A DNA stretch of 64,000 bases from an uncultured Candidatus Saccharibacteria bacterium (GTDB taxonomy: Bacteria > Patescibacteriota > WWE3 > CAZQFB01), in assembly GCA_964592525.1 (NCBI GenBank), contig CAZQFB010000001.1, positions 1,212-65,211 on the forward strand, in the 5' to 3' direction. Position numbers and translations under genes: made by a program. This document shows positions 1 to 8,423 of this stretch, one piece after another (positions within the stretch are counted from its first letter, which is position 1; the number at the start of each line of letters is the position of its first letter). The notes under the pieces were generated by a model. That model was given only the letters and a program-made list of their open reading frames with translations. It was not told where the DNA came from and searched no databases.

Positions 1-145
1 TGGCGGCGCATTTCGCAAAGCGAAATACGAAATTCGGCGGCGGCGAAAGCGAGGGCGGGGCGGGCATTCATTTCCCCCCAACCCCCTTTTCTGCCCGCCC
101 CGCCCGAGCGTTCTGTTTTGGTTTCTGCCGCGCTTTGCGCGGCAA
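1..145. repeat. GC-rich cluster of hairpin-forming palindromes at the window edge. Examples: ATTTCGC-AAA-GCGAAAT, GGGCGGGGCGGGCA-N25-TGCCCGCCCCGCCC, GCCGCGC-TTT-GCGCGGC.
   Basis: Palindromes read directly from the sequence. The composition is much GC-richer than the bulk of the window. Confidence 0.4.
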
Positions 146-193
146 TCAATCGGGATTTTGTTCAAAAAAGGTTCGCGCTTCGTTCAGTAATTG

Positions 194-351
194 CGACCAA
201 TCTAAACATTGCGAATTTTGCGGGCAGTTTGTTGGCTCGCTCGCCCCGCCTGCGGCGGGGCTTCGCTCGCATTTTTCCATATATTTCGGCACAAAATCAA
301 ACGGACGGACAAAATCAAAAATCAGTTTTCTGTCCAGTAGGCGGCGGTTCG
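194..351. repeat. Left copy of a perfect 158-bp inverted repeat (IR-L).
   Basis: The reverse complement of 1903..2060 is identical to 194..351 over 158 bp. The match breaks at 193/2061 and at 352/1902. The outer end of the repeat is CGACCA. Confidence 0.9.
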
Positions 352-533
352 GGGCGGCAAAGCCGCCAGAGCAAAAACACACCTTTAAGAAATTTATTGA
401 AATGTTTTTGCTTTCCAATTTTTTCCGCGTGCCGCAAAGCGGCACTACGAAGCCAGTTTTTAAATCCCGCGCTTTTTCCGCCGAAGGCGGAATGGCCAAA
501 GGCGACTTTATTAACATTAAGAAGTAAAAACCT

Positions 534-2066
534 ATGAAGACAAAATATTTTCTCTACGCCCGCAAATCAACCGAAGATGAAGAAAGACAAGTGATGAGTA
601 TTGAAGCACAACTTGCGGAGTTGGCGGACTTTGCTAAAAGAGAAAGCCTTGATATTGCCGAGCAATTTATTGAAAGCAAAAGCGCAAAGAAGCCGGGCCG
701 AGAAATTTTTAACGAGATGATACAGAAAATCTACGAGAGTAAAGAGCTAGTAGGAATTTTGGCGTGGCACCCTGACAGATTGGCGAGAAACAGCGTTGAC
801 GGTGGGCAAGTGATTTACTTGATAGACATCGGCAAGATCGCTTCTTTGCGCTTTCCGACATTTTGGTTTGAGCCAACTCCGCAAGGGCTTTTTATGCTTC
901 AAGTCGCCTTTGGCCAATCAAAATATTATTCCGACAATTTGTCGGAAAATGTTAAGCGCGGGATTCGCCAAAAACTCAGGCGCGGCGAATGGCCCGGCCT
1001 TGCGCCGTTTGGTTATGTGAATAATCCGAAAACGCGAACGATTGAGCCAGACCAAATGAAAGCAAGGGTTATCAAAAAAGCGTTTGAGGAATACGCGCAA
1101 GGCCGCCACACCTTGCTTTCACTCGGCGAACGCCTGAGTTTTTGGGGCGTGGTGAGCGGGACCGGAAAACCGCTTTGCAAAGCAACCCTGCAACGAATGC
1201 TGACAAATAAAGTTTATCTCGGCTTAATCGTCCATAATGGTGAAACTTACGAGGGCGGTTTTCCGGCAATTGTTTCCAGAGCGACTTTTGAGAAAGTACA
1301 GGAAGTTTTGAAAAACCGAGCCAAGCCGCGCCATTCCAAAAAGCGACATTATTTTCCATTCACCGGACTTTTAACTTGCGGCGAATGCGGCGCGGCTATT
1401 ACCGCCCAATGGACGCACGGCAACGGCGGGACTTACCGCTATTATCGTTGTACCAAGCGGCTTGGCTCGTGTTCGCAAAGATATTTGAGAGAGGATTTGC
1501 TGGTTGAGCAGTTGAAAGACAAAATCTCAAAAGTCGCTCTTTGCGAAGACTGGAAAGAAAAAATGCTGGCAAAAGTGGAAATGTGGGAAAAGGAAAATAT
1601 CCAGTCTTCGCAATCTTTCGCCCAAAATCTGGAAAAGGAAATCAAGGAAACCGAGCAAAAATTAGACAAGCTCGTTAACGCCTTTTTGGACGGAAGTATT
1701 GAAAAAGAAACTTACCTTGCCAAAAAGGACGAACTCATTAAAACAAAAACAGACCTTAACAAAAGAAAGGCTGATTTTGGGCGAAAGGGAAACAATTGGA
1801 TTGAACCATTGAAAGATTGGATTTTATCCGCTCACCACGCCGAAAAACTGGCTTCGTCAAACGATTTTGATGAAATCAAATCGTTTGCGGAAAAAATTGG
1901 AACGAACCGCCGCCTACTGGACAGAAAACTGATTTTTGATTTTGTCCGTCCGTTTGATTTTGTGCCGAAATATATGGAAAAATGCGAGCGAAGCCCCGCC
2001 GCAGGCGGGGCGAGCGAGCCAACAAACTGCCCGCAAAATTCGCAATGTTTAGATTGGTCGGGGTGA
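534..2066 (+). CDS. Large serine recombinase (resolvase/invertase N-terminal domain plus recombinase domain plus zinc ribbon).
   Basis: The N-terminus reads MKTKYFLYARKSTEDEE..SIEAQ, the resolvase catalytic-Ser motif. The C-terminal half has a Cys-rich zinc ribbon (CGECGAAITAQ...YYRCTKR...CSQ) and a coiled-coil. The last 53 codons lie inside IR-R. Confidence 0.8.
   Translation: MKTKYFLYARKSTEDEERQVMSIEAQLAELADFAKRESLDIAEQFIESKSAKKPGREIFNEMIQKIYESKELVGILAWHPDRLARNSVDGGQVIYLIDIGKIASLRFPTFWFEPTPQGLFMLQVAFGQSKYYSDNLSENVKRGIRQKLRRGEWPGLAPFGYVNNPKTRTIEPDQMKARVIKKAFEEYAQGRHTLLSLGERLSFWGVVSGTGKPLCKATLQRMLTNKVYLGLIVHNGETYEGGFPAIVSRATFEKVQEVLKNRAKPRHSKKRHYFPFTGLLTCGECGAAITAQWTHGNGGTYRYYRCTKRLGSCSQRYLREDLLVEQLKDKISKVALCEDWKEKMLAKVEMWEKENIQSSQSFAQNLEKEIKETEQKLDKLVNAFLDGSIEKETYLAKKDELIKTKTDLNKRKADFGRKGNNWIEPLKDWILSAHHAEKLASSNDFDEIKSFAEKIGTNRRLLDRKLIFDFVRPFDFVPKYMEKCERSPAAGGASEPTNCPQNSQCLDWSG
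1903..2060. repeat. Right copy of the perfect 158-bp inverted repeat (IR-R). It overlaps the recombinase 3' end and the first 6 nt (CCA end) of tRNA-Pro.
   Basis: See IR-L. 2055..2060 (tggtcg) is the complement of the tRNA 3' end CGACCA. Confidence 0.9.
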
Positions 2067-2130
2067 CAGGATTCGAACCTGCGACCTCACGCACCCCATG
2101 CGCGCGCGCTGCCAACTGCGCCACACCCCG
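2055..2130 (-). tRNA. tRNA-Pro (anticodon GGG).
   Basis: Manual cloverleaf. Acceptor CGGGGTG/CACCCCG. D-arm GCGC-AGTTGGCA-GCGC. Anticodon stem CGCGC/GCGTG with loop ATGGGGT (GGG anticodon, G37). T-arm GCAGG-TTCGAAT-CCTGT. Discriminator A and an encoded CCA. Very similar to E. coli proL. Confidence 0.85.
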
Positions 2131-2318
2131 TCTGTTAACTCCTTTAGACTGCCTTTTCGGGTAAGCCCCATACCACAAGATAAGTAGTAAAGGAGAGCGA
2201 CCAACCGCTAAAACCGTACCTTCAATTGTTTCCTTTGAGGTTAATATTGAAGGGTCACACCCCAAAATTCCTTTAGATTTTAATGTTTTTATAGTGCTGT
2301 AGCAAGTGTGATATAGAA

Positions 2319-4382
2319 TTATTCAGGACAGCAGATCCTCTCTCGGGCAATTTCTTCCCACTCCTCTCTATAATAGGCGATTCTTCCAAATTTAGTTGCG
2401 CGATATGTTCTGTAAGTGGGGTAGAGCACCTTACTACTGTCTTCACAGCTAATTCGAGCTTGCCTATAGACGCCACCCATGATTGGGTCAAACGGCAGTA
2501 CGGTGTAAGCACAAGTCGTTTCACAATCCGCGTTTTCTGTGCAAAGATCTGGAGCATCAAGGGTATCTGGTCTTATCTCACAAGTGTTGTCCGGTGTGCA
2601 ATACCTTTGGTAACAGTCCGCATCAAACTTGCAGTCATCGGCTTTATTTCCAGGAACATTCACACAGGTCATATCGACACAAGTTTTGTATTCTGTCAGT
2701 GGCGGTATATAACCTTCAGAATCAAAAGCGCCGGTATGCCTCTCATCATGCAGATGTTGAGGCCAGTCTAGGTATCCCATGGCTAATTCCAGTGAATAAG
2801 CATGTAAAGTCGATGTTTTTCTGTCTAGGTAAGATAAAAAGACTAAGTCGGTCAGACCATCTTGGTTTATATCAGCAATAGCAGCGTGATGCACGATGGT
2901 TTCATTTGCGTCGGTTTGTTTCAGAGTAGGTATTGGTGGATAGACATCTTCTCTAATTGTTTTACCCTCTACTCTGTAGAAATGATAGGCCGGTTCGTTA
3001 TCTGAATTACCATACTTAATAAACTCTTTGTAACCATCACTGTCTATATCTCCTATTACAGTATCCGCAATCCCAGTTTCATAGAATAAGTTGCCTGTTA
3101 TATTAGCAGGATTATTAGGTAGAATAGATATCTCAACTTCTGCACTAGGAGCTCTTCTAAAAGAATTATTCCCACTGGCAACTATAGTGCCCTGTGCATC
3201 GATAATTCTTAGGTTGTTTTCACTATCAATTAAAATTTCTGCTTGACCATCATTATTGAAGTCTGCTACCGACAAATAGACTCTTTTACTTGTGCCTGTA
3301 GCGTAATCTGTGATTTTTGTTCCATCTACTTTATATGCTTGCACATAAACTTCGGAGGAGGTGGTTTCTCTGGTGTCAGTGATAATTTCAAGATTAGAGT
3401 CATCATCAATATTTGCCAGGAGAACATTACCCTTTGTGTGGTTAGTTATTATCTTTGGCCATCCGGGCAAGTAGCCAGAGCCACTTTTGTAGACATAGAT
3501 TGCTCCATACATACCTCCTGTTCCTAGCCGAGTGCCTCGGTTTGCTGGCCAACCGTTGGAAATTACTACCTCTTTATCCACGCCTCCATCTAAGTCTCCT
3601 GCCAGAATATTCGGTGTTTCAGGAAGCGTGTTGTCGATTGATTGGTACATGAGTGAAACGTCATCGTCTGTAACAGTGTTTAGTTTATTGGTTAGTATCT
3701 CGAAGCTGGGGTAGCCTCTGCTTCGACCCCAATCCCACAAGGAGTTGAAAATTATACATTCGTATTCGTTGTTACCATCTAAATCTTCAACCACTAGATT
3801 TTGATTTAATCTAGCAGCACCGAGTGAGCGTTGGTACTGGTTCTCATAGCCTTGGTTATAAAGATGTATCTTTCCCCAATCACTATAGTTAGAGTATTCA
3901 CCATATGCTATATATTTCTCACAATCCTGACAGGAAGCATTGGAGGGGGCTATGGCTGGTAATTCTATATTTTCAATTCTCGCAGCAGCGCCTTGGCTGG
4001 TTGCGCGCTCCCTTTCCAGCTCCTTTATCAAGTAACCCTCGTGGTTAACAACCTGAACGCGATTTGATGTAGCTACAACCACTTCAAGTTCGGGTGTGTT
4101 ATCCACATTACCTACTACAGGTACTAAAGGCTCAGCTTCCTCACTGTTCAGGGAGATGTTAAAGATGCTTTTGTAAGGTAAACCTGTCGGAGAAGCATCA
4201 TCGCTGATACTGCCAGAAGGTACCTCTGCTGCTCGGTTTACATATTGTTGTGTGGAGCGGAGGAACACTAAAGAGAAGGGTAGGGCAAAGAGCACGATAA
4301 AAAGAATTAGCAAACGGTTATAGTTTTTTAAAAAAGCTACAACCTTGGCAGGTGCGTTCATAACAAGCTTAATTATAAACAT
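2319..4382 (-). CDS. Secreted or membrane-anchored FG-GAP/DxDxDG-repeat beta-propeller-like protein with a Cys-rich C-terminal domain.
   Basis: N-terminal transmembrane segment (LLILFIVLFALPFSLVFL). Repeated DLDGNNE, GDLDGGVDKE, ADFNNDGQAE, GDIDSDGYKE and ADINQDGLTD motifs. C-terminus reads CVDMTCVNVPG..CKFDADCYQRYCTPDNTCE..CTENADCETTC. GGAGGAGG Shine-Dalgarno 8 nt upstream of the ATG at 4382. Confidence 0.6.
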   Translation of the reverse strand: MFIIKLVMNAPAKVVAFLKNYNRLLILFIVLFALPFSLVFLRSTQQYVNRAAEVPSGSISDDASPTGLPYKSIFNISLNSEEAEPLVPVVGNVDNTPELEVVVATSNRVQVVNHEGYLIKELERERATSQGAAARIENIELPAIAPSNASCQDCEKYIAYGEYSNYSDWGKIHLYNQGYENQYQRSLGAARLNQNLVVEDLDGNNEYECIIFNSLWDWGRSRGYPSFEILTNKLNTVTDDDVSLMYQSIDNTLPETPNILAGDLDGGVDKEVVISNGWPANRGTRLGTGGMYGAIYVYKSGSGYLPGWPKIITNHTKGNVLLANIDDDSNLEIITDTRETTSSEVYVQAYKVDGTKITDYATGTSKRVYLSVADFNNDGQAEILIDSENNLRIIDAQGTIVASGNNSFRRAPSAEVEISILPNNPANITGNLFYETGIADTVIGDIDSDGYKEFIKYGNSDNEPAYHFYRVEGKTIREDVYPPIPTLKQTDANETIVHHAAIADINQDGLTDLVFLSYLDRKTSTLHAYSLELAMGYLDWPQHLHDERHTGAFDSEGYIPPLTEYKTCVDMTCVNVPGNKADDCKFDADCYQRYCTPDNTCEIRPDTLDAPDLCTENADCETTCAYTVLPFDPIMGGVYRQARISCEDSSKVLYPTYRTYRATKFGRIAYYREEWEEIARERICCPE

Positions 4383-4568
4383 ATTATTCCTCCTCCCTCA
4401 ACATTACGTGATAGCGATGTTAAAAGGACGTTTTTTACTGGTCATTATTTTAAGAGGGGAGTGTAAATAATGGTTTTAATCTGCTACAATTCATACACTA
4501 ATACTGGTAACAAGCGCTGTAGTTTAGTGTATTACCACGTACCTACTTGCCCAAGAAAGGTTATAACC

Positions 4569-5597
4569 ATGCCTAAAAACGAACCGACAGATACCCAAGG
4601 TGATCGCAAAAAAGCTGTGGAAATGGCTTTGGATCAAATTGAAAAACAGTATGGTAAAGGTTCCATTATGCGGATGGGTCAGGATTATATTAGGGAGGGG
4701 ATCAGGGTAATTCCAACTGGCTCATTGGCGCTTGATTTAGCCTTAGGTGTGGGGGGAGTCCCTCGCGGTAGGGTGATTGAGATTTACGGACCCGAATCTT
4801 CTGGCAAGAGCACTTTGGCATTGCACGTGGTGGCGGAAGCTCAAAAGCAGGGAGGAATAGCAGCCTTTATTGATGCCGAACATGCTCTAGACCCCCTTTA
4901 TGCGGAAAGAATTGGGGTTAAGGTGGATGATTTGCTCGTTTCTCAACCGGATACTGGTGAGCAGGCTTTAGAAATTGCTGAAACCTTAGTCCGCTCGGGT
5001 GGGGTGGATGTGTTGGTGATTGATTCGGTGGCGGCGTTGGTGCCTCGAGCTGAAATTGAGGGGGAAATGGGCGATGCTCATATTGGACTGCAAGCTCGCT
5101 TAATGTCCCAAGCACTTCGTAAACTCACTGCGGTGATAGGTCGTTCAGGTGCAACGGTAATTTTTCTTAATCAACTCCGAATGAAGATAGGGGTTATGTT
5201 TGGTAATCCCGAAACTACGGCTGGTGGAATGGCGCTAAAATTTTATTCTTCCGTGCGTATGGATATTCGCGCCATCTCTAAAATCAAAGAAGGTGATGAG
5301 GAACTGGGTGGTCGGCGACGAGTAAAAGTGGTTAAGAACAAAGTAGCACCTCCTTTTCGTATTGCTGAATTTGATCTTATGTACAATGAGGGTATTTCCA
5401 AAGAAGGTGAGATTGTGGATCTGGGTGTAGAGTTTGAAGTTTTGCAGAAAAGTGGTTCTTGGTACCAACACGGCGAGCAGAAATTGGGTCAGGGTCGCGA
5501 AGCAGTAAAAGCTCTCTTGCGTGAGGATCATAAATTGGCTAAGGAACTAACTGAAAAAATAAAAGACAAGGTGCTTTCCCAACACGCGACTAATTAA
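4569..5597 (+). CDS. recA: Recombinase RecA.
   Basis: Walker [11 protein letters not shown]1/L2 regions and the typical RecA N-terminus MPKNEP...[18 protein letters not shown]. The ATG at 4569 is chosen over the longer track ORF. Confidence 0.9.
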   Translation: MPKNEPTDTQGDRKKAVEMALDQIEKQYGKGSIMRMGQDYIREGIRVIPTGSLALDLALGVGGVPRGRVIEIYGPESSGKSTLALHVVAEAQKQGGIAAFIDAEHALDPLYAERIGVKVDDLLVSQPDTGEQALEIAETLVRSGGVDVLVIDSVAALVPRAEIEGEMGDAHIGLQARLMSQALRKLTAVIGRSGATVIFLNQLRMKIGVMFGNPETTAGGMALKFYSSVRMDIRAISKIKEGDEELGGRRRVKVVKNKVAPPFRIAEFDLMYNEGISKEGEIVDLGVEFEVLQKSGSWYQHGEQKLGQGREAVKALLREDHKLAKELTEKIKDKVLSQHATN

Positions 5598-5598
5598 C

Positions 5599-6213
5599 AT
5601 GCCCCAAATTACCGCCATCAAACCGCAGACAAAAGCCGGTTATTTTAATGTCTTTATTGCTGGTGAGTATGCTTTTTCTCTAGATGAAGTTGGTCTTTTA
5701 AGTTCAGGTATCAGTAAAGGAGATGAGTTGAGTGCTGCTGCCATAACTAAATTAAAGAAACTAGCTGCGCAGACTAAATTATTTAATTCCTTATTGCGCT
5801 ACGTGGGGTTAAGACCAAGAAGCCAGAAAGAAATAGAAGACTACCTTCAGTATCGTAAAAAAGTTAGTGCTACTACAACTAAAGCACTCGTAGCCAAATT
5901 AACTAAGCTTGGTTTAATTGATGACCGAGCTTTTACGAAGTGGTGGGTGGAACAACGAACCAACCAGAAAAAAGGAGAATATGTCATTATCAGGGAACTA
6001 GCTCTCAAAGGAATTAAGGAGAGGGATGTTCGGGAAATGTTTGGGGAGGTTGGCGGTGATGTGCTTACGGATATATCCTCATTAGTACGTAAGAAAAAGC
6101 AGCAGTTGCAGAGTTTACCCCGAAAAGAACAACATCAAAAATTAGCGGCTTTTCTGATGCGCAGAGGTTATCCCTGGGAGCAAATAAAGCAGGTTTTAGA
6201 GCAGGAGTTATAA
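5599..6213 (+). CDS. recX: Regulatory protein RecX.
   Basis: Immediately downstream of recA. The three-repeat helical RecX-like sequence includes GLIDDRAFTKWWVEQR and ELALKGI. Confidence 0.65.
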   Translation: MPQITAIKPQTKAGYFNVFIAGEYAFSLDEVGLLSSGISKGDELSAAAITKLKKLAAQTKLFNSLLRYVGLRPRSQKEIEDYLQYRKKVSATTTKALVAKLTKLGLIDDRAFTKWWVEQRTNQKKGEYVIIRELALKGIKERDVREMFGEVGGDVLTDISSLVRKKKQQLQSLPRKEQHQKLAAFLMRRGYPWEQIKQVLEQEL

Positions 6214-6256
6214 GCTATTATGGCTTTATTTACGCGGATCTGCCGCAAAGGGGTAA

Positions 6257-6286
6257 TTGACAAGAGAGTTATGTCGTGCTATAAAT
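6257..6286 (+). promoter_or_regulatory. Sigma70-like promoter (TTGACA, 17-nt spacer, TATAAA).
   Basis: ttgaca at 6257-6262, a 17-nt spacer, then tataaa at 6280-6285. Confidence 0.55.
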
Positions 6287-6336
6287 CATTGGTGTCAAAA
6301 TGACACCAAGCGAGACATAGTGCTTCAGCTTATGAG

Positions 6337-6366
6337 TCCCCTAATGAGGGGGTTTTATTTTTTATT
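6337..6366 (+). terminator. Rho-independent terminator-like hairpin (CCCCT-AATG-AGGGG then a T-run) inside the greA leader.
   Basis: A 5-bp stem followed by GTTTTATTTTTT, about 50 nt downstream of the promoter and about 18 nt upstream of the greA ATG. Confidence 0.5.
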
Positions 6367-6383
6367 AACACACCTTAAAGAAG

Positions 6384-6854
6384 ATGATAGATAAACAAGC
6401 ACGTATCCTTCTGACCAAGGAAGGTTACCAAAAGCTTAAAGATGAGTACCAAAATTTAGTTGGCGTGAAAAGATCAGAAGTAGCTGAAAAAATTCAGTCT
6501 GCTCGAGAAATGGGTGATTTATCAGAGAATGCAGCCTACCATACGGCAAAAGAAGAACATGCTTATATTGAAGGTCGCATAGCCGAACTTGAAGATATTT
6601 TTCGGAGTGCCGATGTCGTTTCGGGTAAATGTAAGAAAGGTGAAATTGGCATTGGCTCTAAGGTTCATGTTCATATTGAAGGCAGTGATGAAGTTTTTTG
6701 GATTGTGGGCGCACACGAAGCTGATCCGGCTAAGGGTAAAATTTCCCATGAATCACCTATTGGTCAATCTTTGATTGGTCGTAAAGTTGGTGACGAGATT
6801 GAAGTTGAGGCTCCGGTGGGTAAATTGATTTATAAAATCAATAAGGTTGAATAA
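6384..6854 (+). CDS. greA: Transcription elongation factor GreA.
   Basis: N-terminal coiled-coil (LTKEGYQKLKDEYQNL...GDLSENAAYH) and a C-terminal FKBP-like domain. 156 aa. Confidence 0.85.
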   Translation: MIDKQARILLTKEGYQKLKDEYQNLVGVKRSEVAEKIQSAREMGDLSENAAYHTAKEEHAYIEGRIAELEDIFRSADVVSGKCKKGEIGIGSKVHVHIEGSDEVFWIVGAHEADPAKGKISHESPIGQSLIGRKVGDEIEVEAPVGKLIYKINKVE

Positions 6855-6920
6855 GATAAAGTTACGCTCCTTGTACTTACTAACTGGTCGAGGTCTTATG
6901 TCTTCGTTATACTAAAGGCT

Positions 6921-8423
6921 ATGACCACGTTGGAAGAACTCCGTAAGGAAAGATTACAAAAATTAGCCCAGCTTCGTGAAAAAGGTATTGATCCCTATCC
7001 AGCGGAAGCAACGCGGACACATCCTTTAGCTGAAATATCCAGAAGTTATCAAGATTTGGAAAATAAAACGGTCACGGTGTGTGGTCGGATTACAGCCATC
7101 CGTACTCACGGTCAGTTATTGTTTATGGACCTTAAGGACGCGTCAGGCACCCTCCAGCTTTACCTTAAGGCTGATAATTTGGTACCACCTGATTATGCTC
7201 TATCCCAATTGGGATTTGCAGACCTTCATTTGTTAGATCGGGGGGATTTTGTTGAAAGTACCGGTTCAGTAACCCGGACCAAAACCGGAGAAATTTCGTT
7301 AGCAGTTACTAGTATTAAAATACTAACTAAGTCACTGCGACCCCTACCTAATAATTGGCACGGTTTGAAGGATACCGAAACAAGGCTCCGCCGTCGTTAT
7401 CTGGATCTGAACGTAAATGAGGATGTTTACCAGCGGTTTATTCGCCGGAGCCGGTTTTGGCAGGCGCACCGTCAGTTTTTTCAGGAGAGGGGGTTTTGGG
7501 AAATTAATATTCCCGTGTTAGAGCACATTCCTGGTGGGGCGGATGCTACTCCTTTTGTTACTCATATGGCGGCGCTTGACCAAGATTTCTATCTCCGTAT
7601 TTCACAAGAACTTTATTTGAAAAGATTAATTGGGGGTGGTTACGAAAAAGTATATGAGATTGGACCCCGTTTTCGTAATGAAGGTATTTCCGAAGAACAC
7701 CTCCCCGAGCATATAGCAATGGAATTTTATTCTGCTTATACTTCCATGACGGAAGGTATCCACATCATTAAAGATTTATTTCAGCAAATTATTGCGACCG
7801 TTTACGACGATCGTCGGCAGTTTACTATCCGTGGTGTTGCCGTTGATTTTGGCAAAGAGTGGGAAATGATTGACTATACGCAAAAAATGAAAGAAGTCTA
7901 TGGTATTGATATCTTAGATACCTCTTTAAAACAAGTCCACCCAGTGCTTGAGAAACAGGACATAAAGGTGGAGCAGCAGGAATCGTTGCCCCGTTGTATT
8001 GATAAATTGTTCAAAGAGTTGCGGAAGGAGATTGTGGGACCGGCTTTTGTGATTAATATCCCCAAGTTTTTAAGTCCTTTAGCAAAAGCATCTCCAGCCG
8101 ATGTTCGGTTAACGCAGCGATTTCAGCCAGTGATTGCTGGTTCTGAACTAGGAAATGGTTTTAGTGAGCTGAACGACCCTCTTGATCAGTTGGTGCGGTT
8201 TAAAGAGCAACAAAGTTTGCGTGATTCGGGGGATACAGAAGCCCAGTTTATGGATATTGATTTTGTAGAAATGCTAGAGTATGGCATGCCTCCCACTTTT
8301 GGTTATGGGCATAGCGAGAGGGTATTTTGGTTTCTGGAGGATATCCCAGCTCGTGAGGGGGTTCCTTTTCCCCAATTAAAAACTGATTTAGAAGAGGTGA
8401 CCAAAAGGATTTACGATTTATGA
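6921..8423 (+). CDS. lysS: Lysine--tRNA ligase (class II).
   Basis: OB-fold N-domain and class II motifs (FRNEG, GGYEKVYEIGPRFRNEG). 500 aa. Confidence 0.85.
   Translation: MTTLEELRKERLQKLAQLREKGIDPYPAEATRTHPLAEISRSYQDLENKTVTVCGRITAIRTHGQLLFMDLKDASGTLQLYLKADNLVPPDYALSQLGFADLHLLDRGDFVESTGSVTRTKTGEISLAVTSIKILTKSLRPLPNNWHGLKDTETRLRRRYLDLNVNEDVYQRFIRRSRFWQAHRQFFQERGFWEINIPVLEHIPGGADATPFVTHMAALDQDFYLRISQELYLKRLIGGGYEKVYEIGPRFRNEGISEEHLPEHIAMEFYSAYTSMTEGIHIIKDLFQQIIATVYDDRRQFTIRGVAVDFGKEWEMIDYTQKMKEVYGIDILDTSLKQVHPVLEKQDIKVEQQESLPRCIDKLFKELRKEIVGPAFVINIPKFLSPLAKASPADVRLTQRFQPVIAGSELGNGFSELNDPLDQLVRFKEQQSLRDSGDTEAQFMDIDFVEMLEYGMPPTFGYGHSERVFWFLEDIPAREGVPFPQLKTDLEEVTKRIYDL

Larger units (their letters stand above)
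194..2060 (+). mobile_element. Putative integrative or invertible cassette: a serine recombinase gene bounded by 158-bp perfect inverted repeats, sitting at the tRNA-Pro 3' end.
   Basis: Inverted repeats flank a single recombinase gene. The region looks GC-richer than the host. It abuts the tRNA 3' end, a classic integration site. Confidence 0.4.

Noticed and set aside
118-537. Track ORFs 118..537, 135..527 (+) and 146..517 (-), and the matching ORF 1876..2265 (-), sharing identical peptide stretches.
   Set aside because: The shared peptides are a by-product of the 158-bp inverted repeat being translated in several frames. There is no independent coding evidence. They are treated as noncoding repeat sequence.
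1903-4382. Diversity-generating retroelement (TR/VR pair targeting the adjacent surface protein).
   Set aside because: The repeats are inverted and perfectly identical; DGR VR/TR pairs differ at adenines. No reverse transcriptase gene is present. The repeat lies in the recombinase gene, not in the C-terminus of the FG-GAP protein.
4383-4568. LexA/SOS box upstream of recA.
   Set aside because: Neither CTGT-N8-ACAG nor the Gram-positive CGAACRNRYGTTCG motif is present. Only a partial CTGTAGTTTAGTGT was seen.
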